A stretch of DNA of 64,000 nucleotides from NCBI RefSeq assembly GCF_018977255.1, contig NW_024704743.1:94056001-94120000 (forward strand). The letters run 5' to 3'. Position 1 is the first letter of the stretch. Every line of letters begins with the position of its first letter. A program made the position numbers and the translations under genes. The notes beneath the pieces are model-generated. The model was not told where the DNA came from. It was given only the letters and a program-made list of their open reading frames with translations, and searched no databases. Below are positions 61,190 to 64,000 of this stretch, one piece after another. Source of the stretch: Callorhinchus milii. Lineage: Eukaryota.

Positions 61190-62308
61190 TTTTGCCCTCT
61201 CATACCGCCTCCACTTCATCTCCACAAATGGTTTCTCCTTTTGCGCCCACACTGCCTTATGCGGTGTTCCTCAGGGCTCTGTCCTTGGTCCCCTCCTCTT
61301 CAATGTTCCCTCTTGGTAACATCATCCGCAGACAGGTGGTCAACTTCCAATGTATGCGGATGACACACAACTGTACCTCTCTGCCTCCACCCTTGACTTC
61401 AGGACGACTGCTGTCCTGACAGAATGTCTGTCAGATATCAAGTCCTGGATGATTGCTAACTTTCTTCAGTTCAACGTCAACAAGATTGCCTGATTGGCTC
61501 CCATCAGTGCCTCCACACCTCAGGTGCTGACAATATCACTATCCAGGGTTGCACACTCCACCTTACTAAGCCAGTCTGGAACCTTGGCGTCTTGTTTGAC
61601 CCTCACTATCCTTTCTATCCCACATCCATGCCATGACCCACTCTGCCTTCCCCCACATCCACAACATCACCTGGTCTGCTACTCTCACACCGCAGGCCGC
61701 CAAAACCCTCATACACGCATTCATTACATTGAGGCTTGACTATGCAAACTCCCTGCTTGTCGGCCTCCCCAACTCCTCCCTCCATAGGCTGCAGATCATC
61801 CAGAATTCTGCAGCCCGTGTCCTCTCCTGCACCAGGCTCCGTGACCCTATCATCCCTATCCTCGCCCAACTCCACTGGCTTCCCATCACACAGAGGATAC
61901 AGTTGAAGATCCTGGTCCTCACCTTTAAAGTCCTCCATGATCTTGCTCCCCCCTACCTCTGTGACATCCTATCCTCCTACCATCCTGCCCGCTCCCTCTG
62001 CTCAGCGGTCTCCGACCTGCTTCAGGCCGTCTCCCCCGCCTTGCCCGCACCATTGGCGGACGGGCCTTCTGCCACTCTGCCCCCACCCTCTGGAACTCCA
62101 TCCCACATTCCCTCCGCCTCACCCCCTCCCTTGCCTCCTTCAAGACCCATTTCCTCTTTGACCTTGCTTTCGATCACCCTGCTTCCCCCCCGTCCTCCAC
62201 CCTCCCCAATCCCGACTCCCAGCTTGGGTCCAAAACTCTGACTGCCCGACGCCTTGGGACGTCCTCCTAACGTAAAAGGCGCTATACAATGTAATTTTGT
62301 TGTGTTGT
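61190..62308 (+). mobile_element. Older degenerate L2 3' portion
   Basis: RLDYANSLL, LQIIQNSAARVL and LHWLPI motifs; L2-type tail. Confidence 0.85.
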
Positions 62309-64000
62309 AAAGTTTGAGGTAAGAGTGCTTTGCACAGGAAGTACTGATCCAAGCCTTACAATAAGAATTTTACATTATATAGTGCCTTTCATGTTGAGAG
62401 GGTATCTCAAAGCGCTTTCCTTCCAATTATTATGGAACTATTCCTTCCAATAATTAAGATAATTATTTGGGGAGGACAAATTTGCAGGGCTGTGGGGAGA
62501 GCGCGGAGGAGTGAGATTGATTTGAATAGCACTTTTCAAAGAGTCGGCATAGATACAATGGGCCAAATGATCTCATTCTATGCTGTATAATTCTATGATT
62601 CTATGAACTCAACACTTATTAAAAAAAAGCAGTGTCAGGGGAAAAAAATCTAAAAGGGGTCACACCTTAAATACACAAGGCTTCTTCTAAATTACCGCAG
62701 TAGGTAAAGACTGAAAGTCTGCCAAACTAGCTTTGAAAGAGGAAAAACCTGCCGAACCAGGGTTTGGTGTCACATTGAACAGTCACTATTAAAACTTTGT
62801 AAACCATTGTTGCATTGGACTGAACTGTAACTGATGACACAGTTAACCTCAAAGAGTTACAAGGAAAGCAAGTCACAGCTTGTTCAGATTGCTACTTTGC
62901 AGCCAATGCATGCACCAATACTCAAAGTAATCAAAGTAATCAACGAAAAACACATCTCAGTCTTTATTTTGTTCTCCTTGATATCAGCAGTCCTCAGAAA
63001 GTAATCTGAACAACCAAATATATTGTTGTATTATCATGTGCCAACCAGTTCCTTCAGTCAAAAAGGTTGATTATTTGATTTTTAGTTGATTAAAATGGTC
63101 AATAACTGACATTTGGTGATCAATCAGGCCCTGCACAATATGTCAGTCCATAGAATAGAGATTATTTAAAAATAAAGGTAACAGGGAGCGGATTGTTAAC
63201 TGTCAGCAGCCAGTAGCCAAAGTCAAAGTCATTTACATGTACATTTGATATAAGAAAATTCCTATTTTAGCTGTGGCAGATCCTTGCATTTGATATAACG
63301 CCTTATCACGTCTTCGAGACATCTCAAAGCGCTTCACAGAATATAGTGTAAAGTGAATTGACTGTATATTTTCTCGGCAAAACATCCACTTTACAGTATA
63401 TTCTGTGAAGCGCTTTGAGCCACCTTAATGACGTGATAAGGCGTTATCAAATGCAATTATTATTTCTGATAGACACATGATTAACAAACACACGCAGTAC
63501 TCAAGAGACCATATAAACTGTTAATTAATATATGCTATTTGATACTTCTGTATAGTTCTCAAAGAAGACATTATAAAAAGAGTCTATTGTAACTCAACCT
63601 TAACTTTTTTCTTATTTTTTCCCAAACTCAAAAATTACCAGTACAGTATAAACATTCCTGTCTATGTCCATTTCCAATCATACATTATCACTTGCTATTA
63701 GTATAACAGCATTGATAATCCTAAAGTAATGGTCCTTGCATCTGAAGTAACATCATTCGTATCAGGAGGATATCTGAAAGTGTATCACAAAACTTTTACT
63801 GTAAATTGTAGTCTATATATTTTATAGAGGAACATGACAGCCAATTTAATAAAGCAATGCCTCTCAAACATTGAGCATTGAGTGAATGCTCAATTTAGCA
63901 GTAAAAGAAACTTGCTTAATAATCACAGGTTTAAATTACACAAGCCAAGATCGAAAAAACATTTAATGGACTGAATAGGGAAGGAATGTGTTGAAAGGAT

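Overview
Vertebrate genomic DNA. The repeat landscape (L2/CR1 LINEs, tRNA-derived and Deu-type SINEs, Penelope-like fragments) suggests a cartilaginous fish, possibly a chimaera; this is inference. The window holds the conserved PRKDC-CEBPD-SPIDR block. It contains the last five coding exons of PRKDC (+, 811-7380; PIKK kinase and FATC end), the intronless CEBPD CDS (+, 22691-23675, with one extra base in a homopolymer-rich stretch), and the last nine coding exons of SPIDR (-, 52700-28197). I reconstructed the PRKDC and SPIDR exons by hand with consistent GT-AG boundaries and phases. The rest is mostly retroposons. I found no wholly new gene system. The best leads are: (1) a C/EBPbeta-like out-of-frame short ORF and leaky-start layout in CEBPD, behind a CAN-repeat leader that is open in frame; (2) three young L2 copies sharing one frameshift, suggesting a non-autonomous subfamily, whose 3' loop is also carried by the youngest SINEs; (3) a 74-bp L2-derived fold-back hairpin in a PRKDC intron; (4) a SINE next to CEBPD with strongly AT-to-GC-biased substitutions. 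Repeat boundaries are approximate.
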